This document shows, piece after piece, positions 24,492 to 38,683 of a stretch of DNA of 64,000 nt. The notes under the pieces are model-generated. The model was not told the origin of the DNA, did not search any database, and saw only the letters and a program-made list of their open reading frames with translations. A program made the position numbers and the translations under genes. Every line of letters begins with the position of its first letter. Position 1 is the first letter of the stretch. Source of the DNA: Camelus dromedarius (lineage: Eukaryota); the NCBI RefSeq assembly GCF_036321535.1, contig NC_087436.1:9486001-9550000 (forward strand), in the 5' to 3' direction.

Positions 24492-26729
24492 TCACATAGC
24501 CTTCAAATGGGGCCCTCAACTTATTTTTTTAATACTGTAACAATAATGGTAAAAGGAAGATAAATTTACCTTTGGAATTTAAATGAAAGGCAAGATAACG
24601 TATTAGATAGATTATAATAAAAGAATTCACAGCCCTTAAATTCAAGGCAGGACTCTATTCACTCAAAGCTTATTACTTTGGTCAGATTACTATATGCATC
24701 TCATTTGCAAAATGAACAAAGTACTACATGAGAAGATACCTTACATTTCATATATTTAGATTCCACTCAACCTGCATTTTCAAACAGTACATGTTGGTCG
24801 TGCCAAACCATCTTTATCAATAAAATCGTGCTTTCATGACTTGGTCTTTAATCCATCCCAAACAGTCACATGAATTCTAGTCTTTCTCTTAGTTTTCCTC
24901 ATAGCAGTGGTTATTTGACTATATTATTGATTCTTGCTCTTGCTATGAAGTAGGGATGAGGGGGAAAAACCATTAAAATGAAAGTCTTACTACGAGCTTA
25001 TAAATTTGTTCAAAGATAGAAGTTACTAGATATGAAAACACAGTCACACATTTAGTTTCATTTGGATGGGATGCTTCTGCGTGTGCTGCCAGGCTCGAAG
25101 TAGGCTCAAATGTGGAAGATAAAGGAACATAAAAAAACACATTTAATATGGTAGAAATATGTTATAAAAACTGTGTGTGAAAGACAATGGATAGCGATTA
25201 AAAAAAGTTGGAGATCACCTTTGCACAAAATAACTCCCATTATCCAAATGTAAAGGGGATGTGTTCCAAGAGCTCTTGATATGGACACAATTTATCACTG
25301 GTTTCTTCATAAAGAGAATGAAACACTTAAGCAAGTATCTTTTTTCACTGAAGTTGTTACGACCACAAAATTACCATAAATTCTCCTTAAACTCCTCCCA
25401 CGCTCCATCTACTATTACAAAATCCCTCTTCTTAGGTGCAAAGTCCTGTCTATTAAGTGACATTACCGGTTAGTTGAGGATTCTCATTAGCTCATTTCCT
25501 TAGACTCAGTGTTCCTGCTGCTCATGGTGGAAATGAGTTTCTCCTACAGATAAAACATACAAGAAAATGTAATTCCTCTGATCTTTGCTGTGATACTCAA
25601 AATTTTCACAAATATAATATTAGAGAAAACTCCATAATTTTAAGAAAAGTCAATCCAAAAATTGATATGCATCAATATTTGATATTAAGAAACAATCGTT
25701 AATTGAATGATCACTTATACCTTTATAGTAATTGGTGTTAGCAAATCCTGTTTGATGATCTAGTATTTTATTCTTATTAGAATAGGATCCATGTATGTAA
25801 GTCTAAAGTATCATTTTTTGTAATTATTCTCAAAATAATTTTTGGAAAGCATTACTAATGAATATAGATGTTTATCCATCATCGGTCCTTTATAAGGTTA
25901 TTACTGGGTCTGAATTAAACAATGCATTCAAATCTCAAACTACAGAGCCTGGCACATCCTAATTCTCAGTAAATCTTACTTCAGTTCTCCTCAGTCCTGA
26001 TAAACTCACAATCTTATTATTAAAAGGGTAATTATAAATCTTTTAGTATAATCTGCTTATTGAAAGAGTTGCTCTCATGCTGTCATTGTGATTAAGATAT
26101 TTCAAGATAACAGATAATTTATACTTTTATTTTTACTTCCAACACTGAAAGAGATTTGACAATAGTCACTTAAGGAAAAAAAAAGCTTAAAACTTTTAGC
26201 ATTGTCTTCAGATTAGGGAAAAAAGATATTTTAAAAACTTTTTAAAAGAATTACATAATTATAATGTGAGAACAATTTTTTTCTTTTCAAAAGCTCCCTA
26301 AAAAATACTCACACACATTCACACAGTAATAGTACTGAAACTTATGTAAAAGAGCATGAATATTTCCTGAAAATTTGGTCCTCACTATTATTTTTTTTTC
26401 TTGTTCTTCATTCTTTAAGCCTGATAATATTATTGTAATATCTAATATGGAGATATTTTGAAATGAGTAAGGGAGATATAGAGACTTTCAGTAAATAGTA
26501 AAGCATATTTATATGCCTTCTACTTTAGAACCACTGAAGTCATCCTGATGATCATGTTTTATACATCCAGATGTTTGAGTTATAAATATGCAGATATATG
26601 TGCATGTGTGCATATGAATAGACATACATACAGAGAACATGATGTATATGAATACAATAATAAGTGAATAAAACAAGTTGCAGGAGACATTTCCTATTAA
26701 ACATAATGAGAAAAACTCTCCTTGCAAAT

Positions 26730-26925
26730 ATATTAATTTGCATATATTCCCATGAACTCAGAGATATTTGTTCCAAGATGCACAACCACCTGATAGAGGC
26801 TGGTACTTCAGGGGGAAGAGGAAGGATGAAGGTGAAGGATGAAGAGACCATGAAACTTTTCTCTATACAATCCATATTGTTTGAAATAGTAAAAACGAGC
26901 ATATATTATTTTGTTTAATGAACAA
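26730..26925 (+). mobile_element. L1ME3/4-like 3' end
   Basis: aagatgcacaaccacctgatagaggctggtacttcaggggga...ttgtttgaaa...gagcatatattattttg. Confidence 0.55.
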
Positions 26926-27799
26926 TTTATTAGCAACAGAAATTAATCATAAATATGACAATTATATTCTTGAAAGCCACCGTTCTAGAGCATTAAAAAT
27001 AACTCTTCATAATTATTGAAGCTGATTTAAAAAGCTGACCTAATCCGAAATTTTATAGATAATAATATTTCAGCATGATGCAGATCTTTTGTTAAAAAAC
27101 AAATCAAGTGAAAGCATCTATAATCCCAAAGAAACCAATTATCAATAGAGCACATCCACTTAGAGCATTCTTTCACAAATAAGCCATTCTATTTCTTTCA
27201 AATTGTACACAGCACCCAGCAGTTATTAGTAAAAAGGTCTGTAATTTGATTTTAGATTTAAATTTTAATTAATATAGAGGGTCTTTTTATGAATATGGAA
27301 GGTAAGTTTGTTTATGAGTTTTGGAAATTGAATTCTTTCAATTTGAATTAATAATTTATTATATTTTTAGTATCTATTCTTTCTTCCAAAGAAATCTCTT
27401 GTATAGATCTGACTTATTTGTCAATATTGGGAAAATTTTTTTATGGTAAACTCATGTAAGATATTTTATGGCCATACATTCAGTGGGCCCATAATCGGTT
27501 AAACAGCAAAACTCTGCAGTGAGTCCCTGACTTAATTTTGCTTGGTAAATATATCTTTAACGACAGAAGAACGTGCGGTGATTGCGGATTTCTTTAAAGT
27601 ATAAACATTGCACGGTTTTATGTTGTGTTTACCTAGTAAACGATCACTGTAATTAAAACTGTATGTTTTGATGATATTGTTGGCCTCCTATGACTACGAA
27701 TGGGAAATGTCTTGCTCCCATCAGAAAACGTCTTTCACTTGAACTCTCACGTTAAGAAATCTGCTCTTATAGTTCATTTCGTTTTTCATGATCAGTTTC

Positions 27800-28783
27800 T
27801 CCCTCTCCACCAGACAGTCTCATCAGTTGGCTACCATTCTTATGTCCCTATTAAAAAGCAGTAACAAAAATTTTTAAAAATCAGAACTTTTCCCACTGTC
27901 CTACATGCCTCTACAGACTACCCTGTCTCCTCTGATTTCTTTTGAAAATGGACAAAGTTTTCATAATTTCTGCTTCCACTTCATCTCGTATTTTCTCCTC
28001 TAAAACGACTTGGTTTCTTGTATCATTCCACGGCGACTGGAGTTTCACAAATAGTCACTGGTATTGCTTCCTTTTATAATTCTCTCCTTACCTGTATTCT
28101 CAACATCATTGTTTCTCTTGCCCTTTCTTGAAGTTCGATTTAGCATGCCTTTCCTAACTTCCACTCATTTGTCCCCCTTAAATATGAAGATTTACCTATC
28201 TGTCTATCCTCTTTTTTTTAGGGAACCTTATCAAGTTCTATGGCTTTAAACACCATCTTTGTGCCAATAACTCCCAAACCTAAGAAGCAATCCTTCCCTG
28301 CCCCAAGAACTCTGGGGTCGACGTATTCAGATCTGCTTCCTCTACATCTTGTCCGGGACACTTAATATCCAAGCTTAAGGAGGCTAATCGCATCCCCAGA
28401 TTTCCACCGACATCCTTCCATCCGCACTAAGCTACTCTTCCCAGCACAGTCCCCCATCAGAGTCCAGGACAAGTAAGCAGCATCATAACAGAAAAAAATG
28501 GTCTTCTTTGTCCTCATCCACACATCCATTCCATCAGCAAGTCCCAGCAGCTGTACCTCAGAGCAAATCTCGACTCCTCCCTCATCCTTCCATCTCTGCC
28601 TCTCCCGTCCCAGCCAGCTCACTCTTCTCATCCCTTCCCTGATTGTAACTGCTCCTCTGCAATCTATTTTTTTTTATAGAGAGGCCGCAAGTCTCCTTTA
28701 AAGATAGATCATGGTGATTATAGTTAACAATACTGTACTGTATATTTGAAAGAGATGAAGAGAGTAGATCTAAAATGTTCTCA

Positions 28784-28819
<36 letters not shown>

Positions 28820-29560
28820 GCACATACACACACACAAGGCAACAATCTGAGATGATGGATGTGTTAACTGTCCTTACTATGGAGATCATTTCATAATATG
28901 TACATGTATCAAATCATCACATTGCACCGCTCAAACAATGTCATGTCAATCATATTTCAATAAGTCTGGGGAAAAATAAAGATAGGTCCAATCAGATCAC
29001 TTTCCTGCTTGGAACTCTCCAGTTTCTTCCCTTTGAATGAAATCTAAAGCCCTTTCTGGGGCTTGTGGTTGGGCTTCCTGGGTCTCACCTCTGACCATGG
29101 AAGGTAGACTCCCCTAGCCATGCCATGTGCTTGTCCACAAGCGTGCATGCCAAATCTGTTCCCATTTTAAGGCTTTTTCAGTAATTAGCCTGCTGCCTGG
29201 AAAGTCATTGCTCTCGATCTTCACAATCTCTCTTCTCAGAATCCTGAACTTGGCTTTCATACAACCTCCTCAGAGAGGTGTCTGTGGCCCTGCCACCCTG
29301 CCACGCAAAGTGACCGCTCTGGCACTTTGTACCCTGCCACCTCGTGTTCATCCTCCGTGCGCATTTAATGTAAGCTGACCCTTGATCAGTTACCCAAAGT
29401 TTTAAGCCAATAAATTGGTTTCTGTGTATTGGTCCTCATATCAGAACACAGTTTCCAAAAGCAGAGAACTTGCCAGCCTTATTCATTCTACTTCCAGTGC
29501 TCTCGGACAATGTTTGGCATTTAGCAGTGGGGAATATGTACCAGTTAAGTGAATAAACTA
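27800..29560 (+). mobile_element. Long L2 fragment interrupted by an L1
   Basis: tggctttaaacaccatc...ataactcccaaa; tcagatcactttcctgcttggaactctccag; terminal tttggcatttagcag...gtgaataaa. Confidence 0.8.
28708..28976 (+). mobile_element. L1MA9/L1MB-like 3' fragment with (CA)n and target-site duplication
   Basis: catggtgattatagttaacaatactgtactgtatatttgaaag...agagagtagatctaaaatgttctcac; TSD taaagatag at 28699-28707 and 28977-28985. Confidence 0.9.
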
Positions 29561-29936
29561 CAAATGTGTAAGTGCCTTAAATGAGAGTGCCAACTGAAGA
29601 TTAAGAAAGAAAATAGATGACCTCAGATCTTAGCCCAGGTCAAGCCATTTTTTTAAACCTCCTCTCCCCTTGCTTTATTCTTAACAAATCCTTGAATCAG
29701 TCACATACACGTAATATTCATCTACTCTCTCTCCTTCTCCCTTTGCCCTGTCTCTTTCTCTGCCCCTTGTCCAAGAAGATGTATAGCATCCCTTGGTTAA
29801 ACAGACTTAAATAGATTGATCCCTTTTAATAATGTTCATCAATATGTCAGAATAAAAAAAAAACAGTCACACTATTTTGTAGTTGGAGTTTAAGACTGAA
29901 GTCAGGGATCTTTGGCAACTGGGAGATTTGGGATCA

Positions 29937-30075
29937 GAGCAGCACATCCTCAAAGTGTGAACTTTGGTCCTCCAGGCATGACATCTTCGATCTGAGAAAA
30001 TCAGCAGTGATTCACAAAGCCCTACCCTAGACACACTGCCTCCTTGGCCACTAGCTTTGAGATCGAGCTGCTGTT
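29937..30075. mobile_element. Possible MER5-like hAT fragment
   Basis: gagcagcacatcctcaaagtgtg...gccctaccctagac...ctagctttgaga. Confidence 0.35.
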
Positions 30076-32734
30076 TTTAAAACTGGTTTCTCTTTAAGAA
30101 GGAGAATTTTACATAATGGGTAAGTAGTTTTTCCTCCCCCTCGCATCTTACTATTTAAGTACCTGACCCCTTAAAGACCAGGAGAGGGAAAAACAGACAT
30201 GACATGAAGTACCTGCCAGCTAAAGGAGAGGAGGCTCAACCTCCGATTATACCAGGAGAAGCAAGTGCAGTAACCCCATATGAAACCAGTATCACGCTGG
30301 GCCCTGCGTACGAGGCCACACAGCAGCATGATAAGGTGGTAATAATGGTATTAACTCTTTTACACATGGAGGGACATATGTGTTTAGTAAATAAACAACT
30401 TGCATCAGAACATTGTAAAAAGCAAAAAAAAAAAAAAAAAAAAAAAATGTAGATAGCAAGTCCAAGCCTTTCAGACATTAGTTCTTTCTGGAAGGACAAA
30501 ATGAAATAGCAATGCTTACCTTACGTATTTACTTCTGAATAAAAATTTTGCAGCTTTCAGAGCCCATTGGAAGTGAGGGATATATATTGCCTCACATGCC
30601 ATGACCACTATAATTTATCTAAAATTTTTAAAAATCTGTTACTCATTATCTTTTCCAGGAAAAGAAACACTTTTTTTTAACCAATGCTTTCATATTCCTG
30701 CTTAACCTGACAATATTTTGTCTATACAAATCAACACTGTGAATAAGAAATGTGTGTGCATACGGATAGCTATTTCTTCTAAATTAAAAATGCAGCTTAT
30801 ATTTAAAAACCAATTTCCCCCCCTCACCTGCTGTCCCCGAATACCTCATGGAGGAATATTGGATGTTTACAGAAGGTCAATTATGTTACAATAGCTAAAA
30901 AGCAATTTCCTCCACTTATCTGCTTAATTATGAGGATGGTGATGAACAGGAAAAACAGTAATATCAAGAAGTGGTTTGCATTCTGCAGTTAGATGTTATC
31001 ATGAATGTATTTTATCTTTTCCTTTCCTCCTGAAAAAGTTTTAAACACATAAATTCCTTGTGTTGTTTGGTAAGAGGTCTTTTGATTCAAGTTTGGCAAT
31101 ATCAGATGAATACTTATGTTTAAACTCATATCAAGATATAATTACTGGGTGTGAAAGAATTAAACTACTGATTTTATGTAGACTTAAACTATATAATTTT
31201 AAAGGAATAGAAAGAATTATTTATGCCACTAAATTAGCAATGATTACTTCTGGATGGTAGGATGTTTTCATTTTATTCTTTAGATTTTCTATATTTTCTA
31301 AAATGACAATATGTTGTTTATTTAGTAATTTAACATTGCTATAAATATTTGACTGTGGTACTATTTGATATACTTAGCCTTCTTATAACTATCTAAATAT
31401 TATATTATTAACAATACAAACTTCTCAAATTTTTTACAGAAATTTAGGTATTAGCTAAATGCCCATTTTATATAACTTATTTTGAAAAGATGTTAATTTG
31501 CAAGGTAGATGTAGATAAATCCTCTACTGAAGATGAACTATGCATCTTAAATATGAACATAATAAACAAACAGATTTTGTATTACAAGTTATGTATTATA
31601 AATTATATATACATAACAGTTATATGCATTAATGATACATTATTACATACTGTAATAATATAAATTATTATAATATTACATAATTATTATATTATAAATT
31701 ATATGCATTATTGTCTCATGGAAACCACAAATTCTCACAAAGGCTTAATATTTGTTTTACATTTTACAGTAGTCATAGACCCTAAATGTCTATTGATCCC
31801 CATCCCTCACATCCATAAATTATGATGAAGAAGTTTTGTTTTGTGGCTATTACGAGAATATGAGTTTTATTATTTCCTAAGAAATAAACTTACATGCAAA
31901 TTAAGTGTCAGATGTATTCATTTTAAAGACATTAAAATTAGTTGTAAAATACATGATGTAATAAAGCAGAGGAACTAAATGTTTTCAATATATATTAACA
32001 GGAGACTATTGAGCAAAAACGTGCAACTGAGTTTATCAAAGATTTTTATTTTTTACGTAAGGGCAACAATGAAAAGAAGGGATACTAAGTGTCCAGTAGC
32101 CAAAAGAGTGATAAGCATCAAAGACAGTTCCCTAGGTTAGCAGGTACATGAAGATAAACTCTAGAGAATACACATTCTGTAGAGAATATCCACACTGAGG
32201 AGCACTGCGAGTGGTGGGGAAGATAAAATCTTGGATTCTAGATATGGGATGGTACTGTCTCTTCTCTTTCACTAGCGAACTGGTGCAGTGGCAGTAAAAC
32301 AATGAGAAAATTTGCAGACATAGAGGCCCACTAAAAAGGGAGAAAGTGCCTATTCTCCGTTCTCTAGCTCAGTCTGTGTAATTTTAGCATTTTCATCGTT
32401 GTCTAAAAAGTTTAAAAAGTAACATACTAAAGATTCTATTTATATTCTCCTTTTAAAGTCTGAAGTTAAGCATTTTTGTAAATGTTCAAAACAATTTTAT
32501 TTACTTTTCTATTTATGGTTCGTGCTTGTATTTTGCCCATTTTTCATTAGATTGCTTTTTCTTATTAAGATTTAGGCAGGTAGAACATTTTAGACATATT
32601 TGTCTATTTCTGTGTTATCAGTTTCAAAGAATTTTCACATTAGTTCTTTGCCTCTGTGTATGTGGGCTTTGCTAGAATATTTTTTCTATGTGATTGAATA
32701 ATTAATCTTTCCTTTTAGTGTTTTTAGTTAATTT

Positions 32735-33430
32735 TTAACATTTATATTGAAGTGAAATTTACATAACATAGAATCAACCATTTTAAAGTGGGTAACTCAG
32801 TGGCAGTTAGTACATGAACATTGTTGTACAAATTCCAACTCCATCTAGCTAAAAATATCTTCATCAGCACAAAAGGAAATCTCTCATCTGTTAAGTAGTT
32901 ATCCTCTATTCTCCACTAACCCCTTCCCCTGGTAACTTTCAAAATGTGTTCTATCTGTATAGATTTACCTCTTCTGGATATTATTTATAAAATAAATCAT
33001 ATATTATATGACATTTTGTATGTGGTTTCTTTCATTTAGCATGTTTTTCAGCTTCCTCTATGTCTTGTGTAACAGTTCTTCATTTTTTATGCCTGAATAA
33101 TACTCCACTGTGTGTATATATAACAGTTGGTAGTATGTTCACCTTGTGGCTATTATAAATAATGCTACAATGAAGACACATGCATATGTACTTGTTTGAG
33201 TACCTGTTTTCTATTCTTTTGAGTATACACCTAAGAGTGGAATTGCTGGATCATATGGTAATTTTATGTTTAACATTTTGAGGAACCACCAAACCATCTT
33301 CCACAGTACTGAACCATTTTACATTTCCACTAGCCATGTATGAGTGTTCCAATTTCACCACATCCTCGTCAACACTTGCTTTTTCATTGTTGTTATTATT
33401 ATTGTTATTATTGTTATTTCCATCTTAGTG
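32735..33430 (-). mobile_element. L1MB-like 3' end
   Basis: aaccattttaaagtg...tcagtggcagttagtac...gagtggaattgctggatcatatggtaatt...gaggaaccaccaaac. Confidence 0.9.
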
Positions 33431-33439
33431 GTCCAACTT

Positions 33440-33516
33440 CCTCTCTCTCTCCTGCTCTCTCTTTCTCTCTCTCAATAAATTGGTTCTCTTTTTTTTTAGG
33501 CAATCCTGACTAATAC
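33440..33516 (+). mobile_element. MLT2 LTR 3' terminus
   Basis: ctctctc...ttggttctc...aatcctgactaataca. Confidence 0.55.
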
Positions 33517-33529
33517 ACCTGTTAATACA

Positions 33530-34760
33530 GAGACTAATTAAATGACTCCCATACACTTAATATACAATAGAAGAAGGCAGAAACTACCATTGCCATACGT
33601 AGTCTTGTTCCAAAAGAAGGAAAATCAGATGCACGCAGAAGTCGCTGGTCCATAGCAATTTTGAAGTCCAGGTAAGCATATAATACTAGTCATCAACTGG
33701 AATACAACCCTCCTGCCTGGGAGAGATTCCCCACATTCTTGAATTTGGTGATACCATTTAAATTATTCCTCCTCCTCAAAAAAATATGTAGGCCTGTGTC
33801 TGCAGGTTAGTAAGTTTCTCAGCATTCTTGCTACCTTGAGAAGTTCAAAGATTGAATTCTTTTTTTTTTTTTTCATTTTGTACTGTCTCTTCTTTCCAGC
33901 ACTAGCCAATGTATTTTCTTTCAAATTTTTGCAGGTTTCTTATGAATCAATTTATAATTCACTCCATTAGACAAAAAAACAACCCCAGAAATTTGATCTA
34001 GAAAAGCTATTCTATACCCTGTAAGTCTTTCACAGGACTTAAGATTCAAGAAAGCCCTTAGAAAAGATATGCTTAGAAAAGATATGTGACAAATGGCCTA
34101 AACATACTTACAGGGGCTTTATTATTTTTTTGAACAGGTGTCTGAGGCTTGATTTTAGATTTTTCAGAAGTCTTGACAAAGTATTTTACTTTCAGGGTCT
34201 TGATTCCATTTATAGAACTATTTGTTTGTTGCAGTTTCCTGTATTTAACCTTGAAACCGTTTCCAATTTTAAAAACATTTGCTACCTGAAAAAGCTGGGT
34301 CAAAAAAAATGTTTATTTTTAAACTAAGAAAACCTATGATACTTCAAACGATATTGTTCTTACTTCAGCTGTTTGCTAGTCTCTCACATTTTACTATGGG
34401 CAGCAAGGAGAAGCCAGGTCCCCTTCAGCTCTCTTCCTGGAAATATCCTTGGCTAGTTCATCAGTCCCTTAGGTACATTTTCTCTTTCTATGTTACTTCA
34501 GGCCGCGGTGCTGCCAGGTTTCTTCCACTGTATTCACAAGGGACCCCAGCTCTTCAGCTTCCAGTAACATTTATCTGTCTTTCATTACGTTCTCATCAAT
34601 AGGCTTTCGAAGGCAATTAGGACCTTTCTCACAGTTTCTTCTCAGTCTTTTACTAACATTCTTCTCAAGGCCCTTCCAGCTTCCACCTGCAGCTTAGTTC
34701 TAAAACCACTGTCTCAGATTTAGATTCTGCTCTGGGACAAACATCAGTTCCAATATGAGC
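33530..34760 (-). mobile_element. MaLR internal sequence (MLT1-int like)
   Basis: gtcgctggtccatagcaattttgaagtccag; gcagcaaggagaagccagg...tcttcagcttccagtaaca. Confidence 0.65.
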
Positions 34761-34779
34761 TGTTGTCGCCAGATGGTGG

Positions 34780-35325
34780 ACTCTGGCAAATTGTGTTTGC
34801 CAACAAAGGACACAGTATTTCCAATCTTACATGTTCTCTCAGAAATTTGTCTCTACCCCAGCAAGAGCTGGAGATCTTTTCTCTTCTCTTGAAACCAGGT
34901 GGATCTTTGTAAATGCTTCAAGCAAATATGACATAGCAGAAATAACATGGCATGACTTACAAGACTAAGTTACAACAGGAAATGCAATTTCTGCCAACTT
35001 CTGTCCCTTGGGATACTTACCATGGGAACCCATGGACCATATTGTAGGAAAGCTCTGACCCACTGGGGGGCCACAAACACTGTATTACAACTGAAGGTCA
35101 AGCAAAGGGACCAGCTTATCAACCACCAGCAAGTATCAGCCAGTTTATCCCCTATGTGTAGAGAGTTAGTTCAATCTTCAAACATCACTGAACAGAGAAA
35201 AATGGTCCCCCCTTTGTCCTGTCTCAGTCCTAATGCTGCATTGCATCTGTGAGCATACAAAATGGTTCTTTTGCATAATTAAATTTTGGGGTAATTTTTT
35301 TAGATATCAATAAATAATTGGAACA
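34780..35325 (+). mobile_element. MLT1H/G-like MaLR LTR
   Basis: ctcttgaaaccaggtggatctttgt...gcagaaataacatggcatgactt; terminal ttttggggtaattt...aataaataattggaaca. Confidence 0.75.
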
Positions 35326-35847
35326 GTAAAAATTGTCAGAAGCAGATTAAAATATGAAATTAATTGACAGAAATCACCGTGAGATAATATCATTGCTTCA
35401 ATCACATAGTCACTTTTTAAAAAATGATTAACGCATTAATTATTTAAAAATAACAGTATAACAGGACGAATAATTTTATGGAATCATAGTCGTAAAAAGA
35501 AGAAGTTCAATTTTGGTCTCCCATGAGCCTAAAATTCCTTGGGAGTTGAGATCATTATACACATTTTTAAGTAGGTTCTCAATGTTATTAATAAATAAAT
35601 TCAATGATTGATTAATGATTAAAATAGTAACTTACTGAATGATGTAATGGCATTTCCTCTAAACTAATTAGAATGTGGGACAGGTGGACTTCTGAAAGTC
35701 AGAGAGTGATTGTAAGGGCTTCAAACTGCTCCTCCCCATCCCCCAAACACATAAACACACACACACAATAAGATCTTACAGACACTAAGCAAGATATATG
35801 AGAGGAAACGACACATATAGTTCAAGCGGTTTGGGGGGAGGAGTCTA

Positions 35848-36015
35848 TTTTTACTGAAGTACAGTCAGCTTGCAGTGTTGTGTCAGTTTCTGGTGTACAT
35901 CATAATACGTCAGTCATAGAGGAGCATACATATGTTTGTTTCCATGTTCTTTTTCACTGTAAGTTACCACAAGATATTAAATAGAGTTCCCTGCACTGTA
36001 CAGTATGAAGTTGTT
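35848..36015 (-). mobile_element. Young L1 3' fragment
   Basis: actgaagtacagtcagcttgcagtgttgtgtcagtttctggtgtaca; degenerate TSD gggaggagtct / gggagaggtct. Confidence 0.85.
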
Positions 36016-37049
36016 GGGAGAGGTCTTAATGAACGACAGGATGAAGATAAAAGAATATTGCAAATAATTAGTAACTGTAAAATTCTTAGTTAGTAATATT
36101 ACATGTTTTTTCTAGCTCTCTACATACAGACTTCTAGCAAGAAGAGCAGAATATCCATGTATTAGTTCTTTTTGCCCAGTAGTCACTGATGTAGTGTGAT
36201 CTGGCATGGTACTTGTTCCTCTGTAAACACACTTTCCAGATTATTCAAAATTTAAGCCATCTGACACTATCCATCCATATGCCATCTGAAAATATTGTTT
36301 ATGCCTGAATTGCGTGAAATGGTTAAATCAATCTCTTTAAGCTGAAAACACTTCTGTATGTAAAGCTATTGGTGTTGCATCTGACATCTGGACCAATTGT
36401 CAGCTCTAGATAATTATGTCCCTTAATGTTCCATGTATCTATTTTCTATCTGGTTCAGACCTTGTAATTAAAAACTCTTTAAATAGGATACAGCTTTTTT
36501 GGATTAATGCAAAATCCTGATTTAATTCAAAAGAGAGATGCGATATCACAGAACTATTGTCTATAGGAAAGTAATTACATTTTTGAAGTTTTCATCCTTG
36601 CTTGCTTAAGAGAACTGGGTATTCCATACATATCCACTTGGATAGCAGCTTGAGGAGACCTGAAAACATCTACTGAATGTATTAATGTCTCTGGCATGTA
36701 AAAATTCCTACTTAAAATGCAATGAAGAATGACTGAAATATTGAAGTGAACTTTTTGTAAGTGGATAATAGACTACTGTGTTGATTATGCGTAGAAAGCA
36801 ACAAACTTTTATTGATGATCGGATATTGGGCTATAGATAAGGTTTCTTTATCATCTAAGTAACTCCAGGCTCCCATCTCTTTTATTCCCTGGCACATTAG
36901 TAAATGGCAACATATCACAGACCTTCAGGTTCACTCATGAATGGTTGAAAATCTAAACTGTGAATGTCTGTCAATGTAGCAGTCAGTTTTTTCCGTCACA
37001 TAGGTTGTTAAGAATTGCAAACAACGTGAGTTCTTTCTAGAGGAATGTA

Positions 37050-38035
37050 TAATGAAGTGTCATCTTCTCAGTATTTCCCTCTCCTACTGGAAGCATCGTC
37101 CCAACCTTCCTACCTTCCTCACTCAATCTATGTATGGGTGATGGAGCTGTCAATCAGAGTAACTTTTTAGCCCCAGAAAAGTGGCAAGCTACAAAGTGCA
37201 AGGAGGGTCTTTCCTGAACTTTAGAATCTTGGGCAAATGGCATGAAGAAAATCAGAAGAGTTAATTTACTGTCATGATGTAGACCAGAAGTCAGCAAACT
37301 CTGGGGAAAGGATCAGTCTCCCATTTTTATAAATAGCTTTGTTGGAACATGGCCATGCTCACTAGCTTACATACCACGGGTGGCTGATTTCACACGACAA
37401 TGGCAGAGGTGAGGAGTGGCAAAAAATCAAATGGCTCACAAACCTAAAATATCGACCATCTGGCTCTGTAAGGAAAAAAGCTTGCTCATCCTTGACAGGG
37501 GTCACTGAAGCTGCAGTGATTTTTATCTTTCATGAGCCAGGTTACTCAGTTACTATTTGGGGCTTATGAGATTACCTAGATTCCTATTGAAAATTCATTT
37601 TTCCCTCCATTTAGTTAGAGTTGCTGTGTTTTGCTTGCAATCACAGAATACCAGTTGGCCCCAAAATGACTTCCAGGAGTGAGGGCCAGCAATAGATCCT
37701 TCGAGAAATGTGTAGCATTGGGAAATATTTACCCATTGGGGAAAGAGCTGTGAGACTGCTATTAGAAGACCCAGATGAGACAGTACCTCCCCACGACAGG
37801 AAGTTGCAAAGCAGTTAATTAATCTATCAACAGTGGCTCCTACATCTTTGTGATAACCGCAGGGAATTCTATCTGTTACTGTAGAACAATTTGAATATCA
37901 CAAGGAGTATGGAAACTGAAAGAGGATGCTTCCTTACGACAACACTGGATTGCATAAAATAAGAAAATTATTTTTTCTGAACTACAGTGAAGTTGGTTTC
38001 TCTTATTTACAATCAAAGAATGTTAACAGATCCAC
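37050..38035 (+). mobile_element. ERVL (LTR16/33-like) LTR plus short internal remnant
   Basis: ggagctgtcaatca; LTR-end motifs agttagagttg...gcttgcaatcacagaa and gttggtttctcttatttacaatcaaagaa; ccaggagtg after the first end. Confidence 0.5.
37285..37494 (-). mobile_element. MER58A-like hAT-Charlie DNA transposon nested in the LTR
   Basis: Degenerate TIRs cagaagtcagcaaac / cttgctcatccttg; ttggaacatggccatgctca, cctaaaatatcgaccatctggctc. Confidence 0.8.
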
Positions 38036-38683
38036 CCTCACTCGTTAATCTGAAGTCCTCTATACTCCAAAGTTGCCACTGTTCTCCCTGATTCCATGAC
38101 CATTGTTTGCTTCTAACATGTGAAATGTGAAACATTATAGAGAGTCTTTCTTAATGGCTGCATGAAAAGTTTTCCACTTTATAAGAAATTACAGCAGCTA
38201 TAAGGAGACTCCTCTATATAATCCAGATTAATAAATGCCTTAGATAATTATTTGACATAAAGTATAAAGGTTACTAAAGAGTATGAGCTATTGCTCTTAT
38301 TTATTTCAATAAAAACAATCAAAATACTGCTTTCTTATATTTATATCATAAAAATATTAAAGTAGTCATTTATTTTCTGTTACCACTGCTATATTGATTT
38401 TCTCTTATCCGTCTCTAAATACACTTGTTTTTCCTTGCTTTGGTAGCTTTTATGTTACAGAGCAAAAAGCAGCAGTGTTCATAAGACAATCCCCTTATTT
38501 TGTTTGTGCAAGTCGAGATGAATTGAGGCGGACTTGTTAAATTATCCTAGCACAGGAGAGGATGGAGAAATGTGCTTAAAGTTCATGAACCAAAGATGGC
38601 TCAGTCCAGTAGGAGTTAGGAATATCACTGAAATAAGAAGGAAAAAAATCATTGGGGTAGGTTACAAAGGGAAAATGGAAATT

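Noticed and set aside
30520..30534. 15-nt minus-strand microexon (tttttattcag|...AAG|gtaagc)
   Set aside because: Splice-like words alone are common in AT-rich DNA; no other support
31580..31712. AT-rich tract with internal repeats
   Set aside because: Low-complexity slippage; no distinct structure
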